Origin: a virus
Length of the DNA stretch: 64,000 nt
IMG/VR virus record: IMGVR_UViG_3300035670_012130
Span: 32,001 to 96,000 of that record
Reading direction: 5' to 3' (one strand)
A program made the position numbers and the translations under genes. The notes beneath the pieces were generated by a model, which did not search any database, had not been told where the DNA came from, and saw nothing but the letters and a program-made list of their open reading frames with translations. Below, piece after piece: positions 8,742 to 18,329 of the stretch. Position 1 is the first letter of the stretch. The number at the start of each line of letters is the position of its first letter.

Positions 8742-9695
8742 ATGAAAATTGTATACATAACAGGTTGTTTAGGATTTATTGGAAGACATGTGGCTCTATC
8801 TTGTCTGGAAAAGGGGTGGTATGTATATGGAATTGACAAATGTACTTACGCATCTGACATTAATTTATTGAGTGAATTTAATAAATATAAAAATTTCAAC
8901 TTTCAGCAAATTGATATCTGTTCTTTAGATAGGTTGGTAGATTGTGATTATTTCATAAACGTAGCAGCAGAAACGCATGTAGATAATTCTATTAGAAAAA
9001 GTGATGATTTTATTCATTCAAATATTAATGGAGTTTACAATATATTAGAATTACTTAAAAACTACAAAAAAGAAGGCTATGTAACACCTACATTTTTACA
9101 TTTTAGCACTGATGAAGTTTATGGTGATATTACTGATGGAGCGCATATAGAAACTGATTTATTAAGGCCTTCTAATCCTTATTCAGCTACCAAAGCAGCA
9201 GCTGATCAACTCATCACTGCTTGGTCTAGAACTTATGATTTGCCATATGTTATTGTTAGACCCACTAATAATTATGGATGCGGTCAATATGTTGAAAAGC
9301 TAATTCCCAAAGCCTGTAAATTTTTATCATTAGGAAGGAAAATTCCATTACACAACAATGGAACACCAACCCGAAATTGGCTGCATGCTAAAGATACAGC
9401 TAAAGCAGTAATGACTATAGTTGAATCAGATGTAAAAAATGAAATTTATAATATTGCTGGTGGATTTGAACAATCTAACCTTGATACTGTTCACAAAATT
9501 ATCAAAGAGTTTTACCCAGGCAGTGTCTTTGAAACAGAAGATTACATAAATTTCAATGTTCATAGACCAGGACAAGATGTAAGATATGCTCTTGATGATT
9601 CGAAGATAAGAGCATTGGGTTGGAAGCCTGAATGTGTGTTTGATGAAGAAATTAAAGAAATAGTAAAATACTATAAAGAAAATTTTGTATGGTAA
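8742..9695 (+). CDS. rmlB: dTDP-glucose 4,6-dehydratase
   Basis: TGCLGFIG, AAETHVDNS, STDEVYG, PSNPYSATKA, NNYG..Q..EKLIP and RPGQD.RY motifs; start moved to MKIVYITG. Confidence 0.9.
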   Translation: MKIVYITGCLGFIGRHVALSCLEKGWYVYGIDKCTYASDINLLSEFNKYKNFNFQQIDICSLDRLVDCDYFINVAAETHVDNSIRKSDDFIHSNINGVYNILELLKNYKKEGYVTPTFLHFSTDEVYGDITDGAHIETDLLRPSNPYSATKAAADQLITAWSRTYDLPYVIVRPTNNYGCGQYVEKLIPKACKFLSLGRKIPLHNNGTPTRNWLHAKDTAKAVMTIVESDVKNEIYNIAGGFEQSNLDTVHKIIKEFYPGSVFETEDYINFNVHRPGQDVRYALDDSKIRALGWKPECVFDEEIKEIVKYYKENFVW

Positions 9696-9702
9696 TTATC
9701 AA

Positions 9703-10719
9703 ATGAAAGTAAATGATTACATTGCTGAAAGATTGTATCAAGAGGGTATTAGACACGTTTTTGGCATAATGGGTGGTGGAGCTGCTGGTATAAATGATGG
9801 TTTTATCAGAAGCAAAATTGAATACATTTGTTTTCATCATGAACAAGGTGCTTCGAATGCAGCTTTGGCTTATAGCAAGTCCAAAAATCAGATTTCAGTT
9901 GTTAACCCTACCACTGGATGCGGAGGATTAAATTGTGTAACTTCTCTAGTGTCAGCCTTTCAAGATAGTGTGCCTTTATTATTTATATCAGGTAATTATC
10001 GACTTCAAGAGACTACCAGATATCTTAATAAAACTAAAAACATAAGCTTGAGAAAATTTGGTTTACAAGAGCATGATATTATTGAACATGTCAAGTATGC
10101 TACAAAGTTTTTTGCATTTATAGAAGACAAGAACGATGTTCCAATGGTCCTTGAAAAAGCAATTCAAAAATGTGTTAATGACAGACCTGGACCTTGCTGG
10201 ATTGATATTCCTTCTGATATTCAAACCCAAGAAATCGATAATAGTTTTTTATTTCCAAATATTGAAACTGAAAAAAAAATTTTAAACAAAACTTATATTG
10301 AAGAATTTTTCAGTATTTTAAATAATAGCAAGAGACCATTGATTTTGTTAGGTTCAGGGATAAATATTTCTGATTGTAAACAAGAAGTAATTGATTTTAT
10401 TGAATTGAATCAAATTCCAACAGTCAGTACATTTTCTGCAAAAAATATTTTGCCTTTTGATCACAAATTAAGTATTGGCACTATTGGAATAAAAGGAAGT
10501 AGAGCTGGAAATTTTGCTTTACAAAATTGTGATCTGTTAATTGCTTTAGGTTGTTCATTAAATTCATCACATACGGGATATGATAAAAAACTATTCTCAC
10601 CAAAATCCAAAAAAATCTTGGTAAATATTGATGAGAATGATTATTTGAAAAATAATGTAGATTTTGATCTATTTATAAAAAAAGACTTAAAAGGCTTCTT
10701 AAATGACATCAAGAATTGA
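9703..10719 (+). CDS. Acetolactate-synthase-like (YerE-like) TPP enzyme, N-terminal and central domains
   Basis: VFGIMGGG, HHEQGAS.AA, TTGCGGLN, QDSVPLLFISG, RPGPCWIDIP and GSRAGNFALQNCDLL motifs. Confidence 0.85.
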   Translation: MKVNDYIAERLYQEGIRHVFGIMGGGAAGINDGFIRSKIEYICFHHEQGASNAALAYSKSKNQISVVNPTTGCGGLNCVTSLVSAFQDSVPLLFISGNYRLQETTRYLNKTKNISLRKFGLQEHDIIEHVKYATKFFAFIEDKNDVPMVLEKAIQKCVNDRPGPCWIDIPSDIQTQEIDNSFLFPNIETEKKILNKTYIEEFFSILNNSKRPLILLGSGINISDCKQEVIDFIELNQIPTVSTFSAKNILPFDHKLSIGTIGIKGSRAGNFALQNCDLLIALGCSLNSSHTGYDKKLFSPKSKKILVNIDENDYLKNNVDFDLFIKKDLKGFLNDIKN

Positions 10720-11458
10720 CTGGATTGAAAAGTGTAATTATTGGAAAGAAAAATGGCCTTTGTATACAGATTGTTTCATTGATGACAATGATGGAATAAA
10801 TTTATATACAATAATTGAGACTATAAATAATTGCTCTAACACCAAAGACATTTTGATGACTGACGCTGGTTCTGCAAATTATGTTTGTTGCCAAAATTTA
10901 AAATTAAAAAAAGATCAAAAATTTATTTTTCCTGCAGCTCAAGGTGATATGGGATTTTGTATACCTGCTTGTGTTGGAGCCCAATTGGCAAATCCTGACC
11001 ATAATATAATTGCAATTATTGGAGATGGCAGTTTTCAAACAAATATTCAGGAACTTGCTTCTATAAAAGCAATAAAATCTAATTCTAAAATTGTAGTTTT
11101 GAACAATGAAGGCTATCTAAGTATTAGAAACACACAAAGTAAATTTTTTAATGGAAATGTCTATGGTGAATCTAAAAGTACAGGCTTATGGTTTCCTGAT
11201 CTTAAAAAAATTGCTACAGCATATGAATTCGAATATTTCAGAATCGAAAGTAATAAAGATTTAGTTGATATTTTTGAAAACGAACTTCACAGTGAAAAAC
11301 CAATTATTTTTGACATCAAATGCAAATATTCTCAAGATGTAATACCAACTTCAGCTTTAAAAATAGATAAAAATTCAGGTAAAAAAATTCAATGTGGCTT
11401 AGATGACATGTATCCTTTCATGAGCGATGAAGAGCATTCAAAAGAGATGTTATATTGA
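10703..11458 (+). CDS. Acetolactate-synthase-like TPP enzyme, C-terminal TPP-binding domain (split partner)
   Basis: DAGSA, QGDMGF..PA..GA and GDGSFQTNIQEL...LNNEGYLSIR.TQ motifs. Confidence 0.85.
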   Translation: MTSRIDWIEKCNYWKEKWPLYTDCFIDDNDGINLYTIIETINNCSNTKDILMTDAGSANYVCCQNLKLKKDQKFIFPAAQGDMGFCIPACVGAQLANPDHNIIAIIGDGSFQTNIQELASIKAIKSNSKIVVLNNEGYLSIRNTQSKFFNGNVYGESKSTGLWFPDLKKIATAYEFEYFRIESNKDLVDIFENELHSEKPIIFDIKCKYSQDVIPTSALKIDKNSGKKIQCGLDDMYPFMSDEEHSKEMLY

Positions 11459-12249
11459 TGAATATACTAATTACTGGTGGAGAAGGCTATGTTGCCTCAA
11501 ACTTATATAAGAACCTTGAATCAAGTTATAATTTAACTACAATTTCAAGAAAAGATTTAGATTTGACTATTTCTTCAGAGGTAAATGCTTTTTTTGAAAA
11601 TAAATTTTTCGACATTGTTTTTCATTGTGCTGTATGTGGAGGTAGCAGGTTAAAATTAGATAGTTATTATGAAATGGATAATAATTTGAAAATGTATTAT
11701 AATCTACATCAATTAAAAGATAAGCATTTCAAAAAATTTATCACATTTGGTTCAGGTGCAGAAACACACTCATCTCATACTCCTTATGGATTGAGCAAAC
11801 ATGTAATAGCTCAATCCATCTCTGAAACTGAGAACTTTTATAATCTTGTAATTTTTGCTCTTTTTGATTCAAGTGAATGGGAATCTAGATTTATAAAAGC
11901 AAATATTTTACGTTACATAAATAAAGATTCTATAATTATTCACCAAGATAAATACATGGATTTTTTTTACATGAATGATTTTATAAAAGTAATAAAATAC
12001 TATATTGAAAATCAAAGCTGCCCAAAATCAATTAATTTTTCATACGGTGAATCAACAAAACTTTCAGACATTGCAAAAAAAATCAACAATCTAAATAATT
12101 ATAAAGTTGATATTTGTATAGAAAATCAAGAAATTGCACCAAGCTATTGTGGAGATTATAATTTGGATGCATTGAATATTAATTTCGATGGCTTATACAA
12201 TGGCATTGAAAAAGTTTTTGATGAAATAAATTCTGCAAATTACAAATAA
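11458..12249 (+). CDS. Extended SDR nucleotide-sugar reductase (YerF/Abe-like candidate)
   Basis: TGGEGYVA, FGSGAE and YGLSK motifs; ATG overlaps the upstream TGA. Confidence 0.75.
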   Translation: MNILITGGEGYVASNLYKNLESSYNLTTISRKDLDLTISSEVNAFFENKFFDIVFHCAVCGGSRLKLDSYYEMDNNLKMYYNLHQLKDKHFKKFITFGSGAETHSSHTPYGLSKHVIAQSISETENFYNLVIFALFDSSEWESRFIKANILRYINKDSIIIHQDKYMDFFYMNDFIKVIKYYIENQSCPKSINFSYGESTKLSDIAKKINNLNNYKVDICIENQEIAPSYCGDYNLDALNINFDGLYNGIEKVFDEINSANYK

Positions 12250-12259
12250 TAAAAATAAG

Positions 12260-12265
12260 TATAAT
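12260..12265 (+). promoter_or_regulatory. -10 box 6 nt before ATG (leaderless-type)
   Basis: TATAAT-gtaaat-ATG at 12272. Confidence 0.6.
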
Positions 12266-12271
12266 GTAAAT

Positions 12272-12928
12272 ATGTCTAGATTTGATACAGATTTAATTTT
12301 CAAGATTGATGAAAAATGGTTTTGGCGTAAAGATGATTACAATTTGAAGACCTACAATGGCCTTTCAAGTGAGACAGATCTACTCAAAGTTGTTCAACCC
12401 TATCTCAAAGGTAAAAAAGTCGTAGTTCAAGCTGGTGGAAATTGTGGTATGCAAGTTGTTAAATTTGCAGAATTTTTTGATACAGTTTACACTTTTGAAC
12501 CTGATCCTATTAATTTTCATTGTTTAGTTAACAATTTGCCATATGATAATGTAATAAAATTCCAGTGTTGTCTGGGCGATTCTCATAAAATGGTTTCAAT
12601 GACTACTTTGCCCAATGAAATAGGTGGTTTTTATGTCAATGAAAATTTGGGTACAACTCCTACACTTAGAGTTGATGATTTGAATTTAACTTACTGTGAT
12701 TTTTTACAGCTTGATGTTGAGGGTTATCAACTTTATGCACTTAAAGGTGCTATAAACACAATCAAGAAATTCCATCCAGTTATTAGTGTTGAATTTGATT
12801 GGGCTTTTAGATATAATCACAGCACATCTGATATTAGAAATTTTTTAGCAAGCTTAGGCTACGAAAAAGTCGAGTCTTACACAACTGATCATATTTATAT
12901 TTATAAAAATCTTTCATTTAGTTTATGA
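12272..12928 (+). CDS. FkbM-family SAM-dependent methyltransferase
   Basis: VVVQAGGNCG, FEPDPINF and RVDDL...CDFLQLDVEGY...ALKGA..TI.K..PVI.VE motifs. Confidence 0.85.
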   Translation: MSRFDTDLIFKIDEKWFWRKDDYNLKTYNGLSSETDLLKVVQPYLKGKKVVVQAGGNCGMQVVKFAEFFDTVYTFEPDPINFHCLVNNLPYDNVIKFQCCLGDSHKMVSMTTLPNEIGGFYVNENLGTTPTLRVDDLNLTYCDFLQLDVEGYQLYALKGAINTIKKFHPVISVEFDWAFRYNHSTSDIRNFLASLGYEKVESYTTDHIYIYKNLSFSL

Positions 12929-13821
12929 AAATATTAATTACAGGTGCTGGTGGTTTTTTAGGATCAAATATTTGCAATTTGCTATCTAAAAAGCATGAAA
13001 TTTTAGCTATATCTAGAAATTTTGAAAAACTAAATAGAGAAAGTAATATAATCTGTCATAAATTAGATATGGCAGATTATAATCTTTTAAAAGAACAAGT
13101 GCAAAATTTTATTCCAGAAGTAGTAATTCATTGCGCATGGATGGGCGGAAATTCTTCTAGAGACATTAATGAACTGTGGCAAGCAGATAACATCATTTAC
13201 AGCAATGAACTTCTTAAGTTTTGCTCATCTCTAGGGATTAGACATTTTATAGGATTTGGATCTTCTGCTGAGTATGGAAATCATTTATGCAAACTAAATG
13301 AACTCACAGTTTGTAAACCTACAACCATGTACGGTATTACTAAGAATTCATTTAGACACATAGCAGAGAATTATTGTGAATCTAATAATATCAATTTCAG
13401 TTGGGTAAGACCAGTTTTTACTTATGGTCCAAGAGATGTTGAGACAAGACTAATTCCTAAAGCTATTATATCTTTTTTGAAAAACCAAGATCTTGTATTG
13501 AATAAATGTTCAGCCGTAGTAGATTATTTATTTGTTGAAGATTTTTGTAAAGCCATACAATGCATTGTTGAACAAGAAATAATTGGAGATTTTACCATAT
13601 CTTCTGATGATGAAATTAATATAAAAAAATTAGTTGAAATGATTTATGAAAAAATTAATTCTAAATCTAATTTAATTTTTGATGAAAGTAAACCTGATTA
13701 CAGCCATCAATATGTTTGTGGTTCATCAGAAAAATTAAAATCTTTGTCTGATTGGCGCCCGCTGATTTCTTTAGAGAATGGTTTAGATAAAACCATTTCC
13801 TACTTTGAAAAGTTCGTATAA
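12925..13821 (+). CDS. Extended SDR (CDP-abequose/paratose synthase-like reductase)
   Basis: TGAGGFLGS, HCAW, GSSAEYG, YGITK and DYLFVEDF motifs. Confidence 0.8.
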   Translation: MKILITGAGGFLGSNICNLLSKKHEILAISRNFEKLNRESNIICHKLDMADYNLLKEQVQNFIPEVVIHCAWMGGNSSRDINELWQADNIIYSNELLKFCSSLGIRHFIGFGSSAEYGNHLCKLNELTVCKPTTMYGITKNSFRHIAENYCESNNINFSWVRPVFTYGPRDVETRLIPKAIISFLKNQDLVLNKCSAVVDYLFVEDFCKAIQCIVEQEIIGDFTISSDDEINIKKLVEMIYEKINSKSNLIFDESKPDYSHQYVCGSSEKLKSLSDWRPLISLENGLDKTISYFEKFV

Positions 13822-13822
13822 T
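13817..13822 (+). promoter_or_regulatory. -10 box 6 nt before ATG 13829
   Basis: cgTATAATatttttATGaa is an identical 19-mer to 8728-8746. Confidence 0.65.
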
Positions 13823-13828
13823 ATTTTT

Positions 13829-14638
13829 ATGAATAATCTTTTGCTAAATTTTCTAGATGGTAATCGCATACTCGAATCAATTGATGCAGATATATACCTT
13901 GCATCATTATCAAAACACAAAACATTTAAAAAACTTGTATGTGTTTACAATGTTGATTCCGAGCAAATCAAAAAACTTGAGAAGTATTATGATTATGTAA
14001 TACCAGTTGAAAAAGGATTAACACCAATAAACTTTTGCTATTTAGCTTATTATAATTGGCTTTGTGAAAATGGCAAAGATTTCAAGTATGTAATGCATTG
14101 CGATATGCGTGATGTTGTAATTCAAAAAGATCCATTTGAATTTATGGAAAATCATCCAGATAAAGAACTATTTTTAGTTTGTGAAGGAATGAAAATTAAA
14201 GAGAATGATTGCAACAAAATGTGGCATGACTGGGTTTTAAATACAATAATTTACAATAAAGAAACCTACGATGATTCTTATGTTTTGAATGGAGGAACAT
14301 ATGGTGGGAAAACAAATGCTTTTCTAAATTACTGTACATTGATACTCACAGCAATGAATAGAAAGTTCCATTATATTATTCCAGATCAAGCTATGTTGGG
14401 TTATTTATATAGACAATTAAGTCAAAATCCAAATGTTATGCTAACTCATCCTATGACAGATACTTTTTGTGCAACTGGCGAGGCAATAAAAAGAGATAAC
14501 GTTGATGTTTATTTTGACGGTACAAATGTCTGCAATCAATTAGGGGAAAAGTATTGTTTATTCCATCAATGGGATAGAACTGAGGTGGCTGAACTGTTAA
14601 GAAATAAGTTTAAAAATACTTTGTCATTCAGCCTTTAA
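13829..14638 (+). CDS. Putative GT-A-fold glycosyltransferase, paralog 3
   Basis: HCDMRDVVIQKDPF, VLNGGTYGG, DQAM and FHQWDR motifs; clear paralog of 6811-7599. Confidence 0.62.
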   Translation: MNNLLLNFLDGNRILESIDADIYLASLSKHKTFKKLVCVYNVDSEQIKKLEKYYDYVIPVEKGLTPINFCYLAYYNWLCENGKDFKYVMHCDMRDVVIQKDPFEFMENHPDKELFLVCEGMKIKENDCNKMWHDWVLNTIIYNKETYDDSYVLNGGTYGGKTNAFLNYCTLILTAMNRKFHYIIPDQAMLGYLYRQLSQNPNVMLTHPMTDTFCATGEAIKRDNVDVYFDGTNVCNQLGEKYCLFHQWDRTEVAELLRNKFKNTLSFSL

Positions 14639-15222
14639 CCTAATTCTCGTTCTATATCAATATCAAGATCTGCAGCTGTTTCAGGTTTAGCTTCATTTTT
14701 AGTAGCTAAAATAAGTTGAATAGTTTCAAACTCTTTCATACTCAAGTTAGAAAATTCATCTTTACTCATAGAAACTAAACCTCGTGTCATATAGTCTATT
14801 TCAACAACTAGTGGTGGCACGGGGTAAGTTTCTGTATCATTTGGGTTGTAATATTTTTTTGTCGCAACATAATAAAAGTTAGCTTCATCAGCATTCAAAT
14901 ATAGATAATTCTGATATTCAACCCACAACTTTTCTACAATCTGATAGTCTAGCTTTTCTAATAATGAGATTTCGAATTCAGGCATATAATCTATGTTAGT
15001 ACTTGTGTCATACGCTCTTAATATTGCTAAATTTAAAATCTCTCTTTTTTCAAATTCAGAATTTTGATAAACTATATTATCTTTTTTTCTAAATGATTTG
15101 GCATCTATCAACAAGCCTTCTTTCCAAGTTATTTCTCTAACTATAAACTTTACAGTATCTATCGTGATGATATGAGTTCTGTTTGATTTAATTTTATCGT
15201 AAAATTCAATAAATTCTTTCAT
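14635..15222 (-). CDS. Hypothetical protein, possible tail assembly chaperone
   Basis: Follows a tube-like gene; F.VREITW N-terminal motif and acidic composition. Confidence 0.4.
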   Translation of the reverse strand: MKEFIEFYDKIKSNRTHIITIDTVKFIVREITWKEGLLIDAKSFRKKDNIVYQNSEFEKREILNLAILRAYDTSTNIDYMPEFEISLLEKLDYQIVEKLWVEYQNYLYLNADEANFYYVATKKYYNPNDTETYPVPPLVVEIDYMTRGLVSMSKDEFSNLSMKEFETIQLILATKNEAKPETAADLDIDIERELG

Positions 15223-16463
15223 TATAAAAATTCTGATACTCTAGTATTTGATAAACCATTAAAAGCTGTAAATTCTGTCAATCTTGCAGTAAAATTATAT
15301 TCAATAAAATATCCAGAACCAGGACTAATTGTTATTGTAGGTTGTTGCCAATCTACATTTTTCATACTGTAGAAAAATACACTTCCAAAGTACAAGGTCA
15401 AAGCAGATGCATTTGTTTGAATAAATCCATAATTTTGAGGACTAAATAGTTTTAATGATCCAGTAACTCTTCTATTGCTTAATGATGCAAATCTTGGTCC
15501 AGCAATATCATAAAATTCGTACAAATTATTTCCAAATGAGTAACCAGGATAGGTGAACGTAAAGTCTATAGATTGTTGAATTGACAAAGACATGTTGACG
15601 ATTTTATGCACTGGCATACTATTTGAATTGTAGGAATTTTGAACAGCTTTGGCAAAATCTTTAAAAGCATTATTTCCTGTAAATAAGCCTGGATAAAAGG
15701 CGCAATCAGAAAGATTTATTGCTCTATACTTGTCTTGAAAATTATTTGATTCATCAGTATTTAGTTGATTATCCAATTCGTTTATTGTCTTCATTTTTAT
15801 ATAATTGTTATTTAAAAATGGTCTATAAACAGTAATATTATCTGGAGATATGACAGATCTACCTCCGACTAACGAGCATGAAATTTCTACATCACCAAGT
15901 TGATTTAAGCCATCTACGCTTATTTGAAAATTACTTACAAAAGCAGGCCCAAAAGATTTGTGTGTTGGAATACTTGAGCAAAAAAGTAACGGATAAAGCG
16001 GTATATAAGAAGCTCTATACATTATAATTTCTGCAGAATATTGTTGATTTACATTAGTAGATAATATTGGGTTAAAAGAAAAGTTTCCTGAATATTGATA
16101 ATTTGTAAATGTTGGATGATTTAATGCAGCTAGACCTGAAAAATTTTGAATTGGTTGATATACATTGTCGCCAGCATTATCAGTGAAATTAGAACAATAT
16201 AATGGTTTATATTCGTTAGAAAATCTTTTAGTAAAATAAAACCCTTGTGAAGCTCGATTTGACATATTTGCGCTTAGCAAATATAAATCCCATAAATGAG
16301 ATCTTGAACCAGTGGTGTTTTTGGCAACTCTGTATCCACCAAATGATTTTAACTGTTGAGTATATAAACCTGTCGATGAAAAAGGAGCCAGTTCGCAAAC
16401 ATATATATTATGTCCTGATGCTGGGTAAACTCCATTTATGACATTGTTTATAATATCTGGCAT
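15222..16463 (-). CDS. Tail-tube-like protein
   Basis: beta-rich; VSNFQISV...VEISCSL, IVNMSLSIQQ, RRVTGSLKL and PTITI...IEYNFTA pattern typical of tail tube folds. Confidence 0.5.
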   Translation of the reverse strand: MPDIINNVINGVYPASGHNIYVCELAPFSSTGLYTQQLKSFGGYRVAKNTTGSRSHLWDLYLLSANMSNRASQGFYFTKRFSNEYKPLYCSNFTDNAGDNVYQPIQNFSGLAALNHPTFTNYQYSGNFSFNPILSTNVNQQYSAEIIMYRASYIPLYPLLFCSSIPTHKSFGPAFVSNFQISVDGLNQLGDVEISCSLVGGRSVISPDNITVYRPFLNNNYIKMKTINELDNQLNTDESNNFQDKYRAINLSDCAFYPGLFTGNNAFKDFAKAVQNSYNSNSMPVHKIVNMSLSIQQSIDFTFTYPGYSFGNNLYEFYDIAGPRFASLSNRRVTGSLKLFSPQNYGFIQTNASALTLYFGSVFFYSMKNVDWQQPTITISPGSGYFIEYNFTARLTEFTAFNGLSNTRVSEFL

Positions 16464-16850
16464 TTATTTTCCGCCTGTCATTTCCAACCATTTTTTTGAT
16501 AAGGCTTTCACTAATTCGTATCTAATCATATTTACATTATGGGGATCTGGATAATAAGTTTCTACATTTTCCCCTTCTATAATCTTAATTACAGAAAAGA
16601 AATTTGTAATGATGTTTTTGCAAAGCACTGATGTTCGCAATAAAGGATTACCAGTTACAGAATTGATAATTGTAGCTTCTTCTATAATATTCGACATATC
16701 GGAAAAGTTTCTTCCTTTGACATCACAAGAAATCAAACATTTTCCGTTCGGATCAATCTTATAACAAAGTATTTCACCATCTTCGTTTTTAATGATGTTA
16801 CAATTTAATTTTAATTCAAATCTTTTTCCAGCGTCTACAAAAATACTCAT
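16464..16850 (-). CDS. Hypothetical protein (tail module)
   Basis: 128-aa ORF tightly coupled between two tube-like genes. Confidence 0.6.
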   Translation of the reverse strand: MSIFVDAGKRFELKLNCNIIKNEDGEILCYKIDPNGKCLISCDVKGRNFSDMSNIIEEATIINSVTGNPLLRTSVLCKNIITNFFSVIKIIEGENVETYYPDPHNVNMIRYELVKALSKKWLEMTGGK

Positions 16851-18322
16851 TAATAAATTCCTGTTGATTTCAATACTGGGTCAAATGTATAATTCTGAGT
16901 AGCAACTGAAAAATTTACTTTATTTTTTTGGTATTCCATTCTAGAGTGTTCTTGAGAATCAGTTGACCATACAACTTCAGGTAGTTCTAACTTTATTGGC
17001 CCCATATCAAAAGTTATACCGTCATTATTGATGCTACTTGGTCCAGACAGAAATTCAACCATCGCCCAAGGTTTAATAGGACCTGTGTATGTAAGTGACC
17101 CTGATATTTTACGTCCTTCTGAATAGTACCCATATGGTAAAGAATTTTTAAAGAAGTTTTGTTTTGAATCACTACTTTTTGAATTTAATGTAAAAATAGG
17201 TTTCAAATTATTTTCTATACTTATATCCATCTCAGTGACATATATACTATCTAATTTTGATTGTTGAAATCCTCTGAATAACTTTGAGTCAATCATGGTT
17301 CCAAGACCAAACAACCCGTATTCTGGAGCACTTTTATAAACTCTTGTATTGAAACCATTTAATATATAACTTGGTTTTTTCTTAAAATAACTTTCAACGA
17401 TTGAAGTAAAATTATTATATAGTTGAACTTGATATGTTCGGTCAACATTCAAAACTTTCAAGTCAATGTAAGCTATTATTTGTTCTCCAGGCTTAAAATT
17501 AATAGCAAACTTATCAACAAGACAACCACTTAATAATCCTTGTTTCAATGTAAATAACGAAAATGATGCTTCTCTGCCAGTAGATTGAGGATAAGCTGAA
17601 ATATATGATGTATCTCTATTAAAAGAAGTATTTATTCCAGCCCCTATGGTAAGTAATCTATTTGTTTTATCAATACCAGTTATTTCGATTAAGTCATAAT
17701 ATGAATTATTGTCAGATTTAATTTTTGCTTCAAATGGTAAATCTAAACCCATAAATTCAGCTATATTATCAATATACAACTGCGTTGATCCAACTCCTAT
17801 AACTGAGGAGTTGTCTGTAGTAAATCTTCCTATAAATGAAGTTGGTGAACCCTTGAATGCTTGAATACAATAATCAAAAAAAGCAGCAAGAGAAAAATCT
17901 AAATATCCCCAACTATCTACTTTAAAAGGATAGGTAAAACTTACATTATATTCTTTGGGGCCTAATTGAAATGTATTAGGGTTTGCTCCTTCACCAGCAT
18001 ATCTCTGACCAGCATCTGCTTCTTGCGCTCCACGTATATTAAAGTTGTCAATTGAAAAAAGATAATTTGAATTTATATTACTGAAAGATAAATTAAAATC
18101 TGGATCTTCAGAATACTCTCTGGACAAAACAAACAAATCATAATAACCTGTTTCAAAAGCTGGAGCGTATAATTGCGAACTAAAGTTATTGTATGCTTCT
18201 TTATATAAATACTGGTTCGGAACAGATTCTGAGCTTCCAATACTAGAGGCTAATATTGTTTGATCAACAGCAAAAGAATTAACATTTGATTTTATTGAAC
18301 TTGCACGAATACTTTTTCTCAT
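16850..18322 (-). CDS. Tail-tube-like protein with an inserted domain
   Basis: GCLVDKFAINF, VTEMDISIENNL and GRKISGSLTY...LELPEVVW motifs; start placed at MRKSIR after the upstream TAG. Confidence 0.55.
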   Translation of the reverse strand: MRKSIRASSIKSNVNSFAVDQTILASSIGSSESVPNQYLYKEAYNNFSSQLYAPAFETGYYDLFVLSREYSEDPDFNLSFSNINSNYLFSIDNFNIRGAQEADAGQRYAGEGANPNTFQLGPKEYNVSFTYPFKVDSWGYLDFSLAAFFDYCIQAFKGSPTSFIGRFTTDNSSVIGVGSTQLYIDNIAEFMGLDLPFEAKIKSDNNSYYDLIEITGIDKTNRLLTIGAGINTSFNRDTSYISAYPQSTGREASFSLFTLKQGLLSGCLVDKFAINFKPGEQIIAYIDLKVLNVDRTYQVQLYNNFTSIVESYFKKKPSYILNGFNTRVYKSAPEYGLFGLGTMIDSKLFRGFQQSKLDSIYVTEMDISIENNLKPIFTLNSKSSDSKQNFFKNSLPYGYYSEGRKISGSLTYTGPIKPWAMVEFLSGPSSINNDGITFDMGPIKLELPEVVWSTDSQEHSRMEYQKNKVNFSVATQNYTFDPVLKSTGIY

Positions 18323-18329
18323 ATAAAAC

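Noticed and set aside
2722-11458. Pyruvate dehydrogenase and acetolactate synthase as central-metabolism AMGs
   Set aside because: Subunits are truncated or split, partner genes are absent, and all neighbours are nucleotide-sugar enzymes
1-14638. Bacterial chromosomal O-antigen/LPS locus
   Set aside because: No flippase, polymerase, ABC exporter or housekeeping genes; it shares promoter style and composition with the phage structural block and overlaps it by 4 nt. A chimera cannot be fully excluded without reads.
14635-16850. Programmed -1 frameshift of tail assembly chaperones
   Set aside because: No overlapping downstream ORF in a shifted frame and no convincing slippery site near the ends of the small genes
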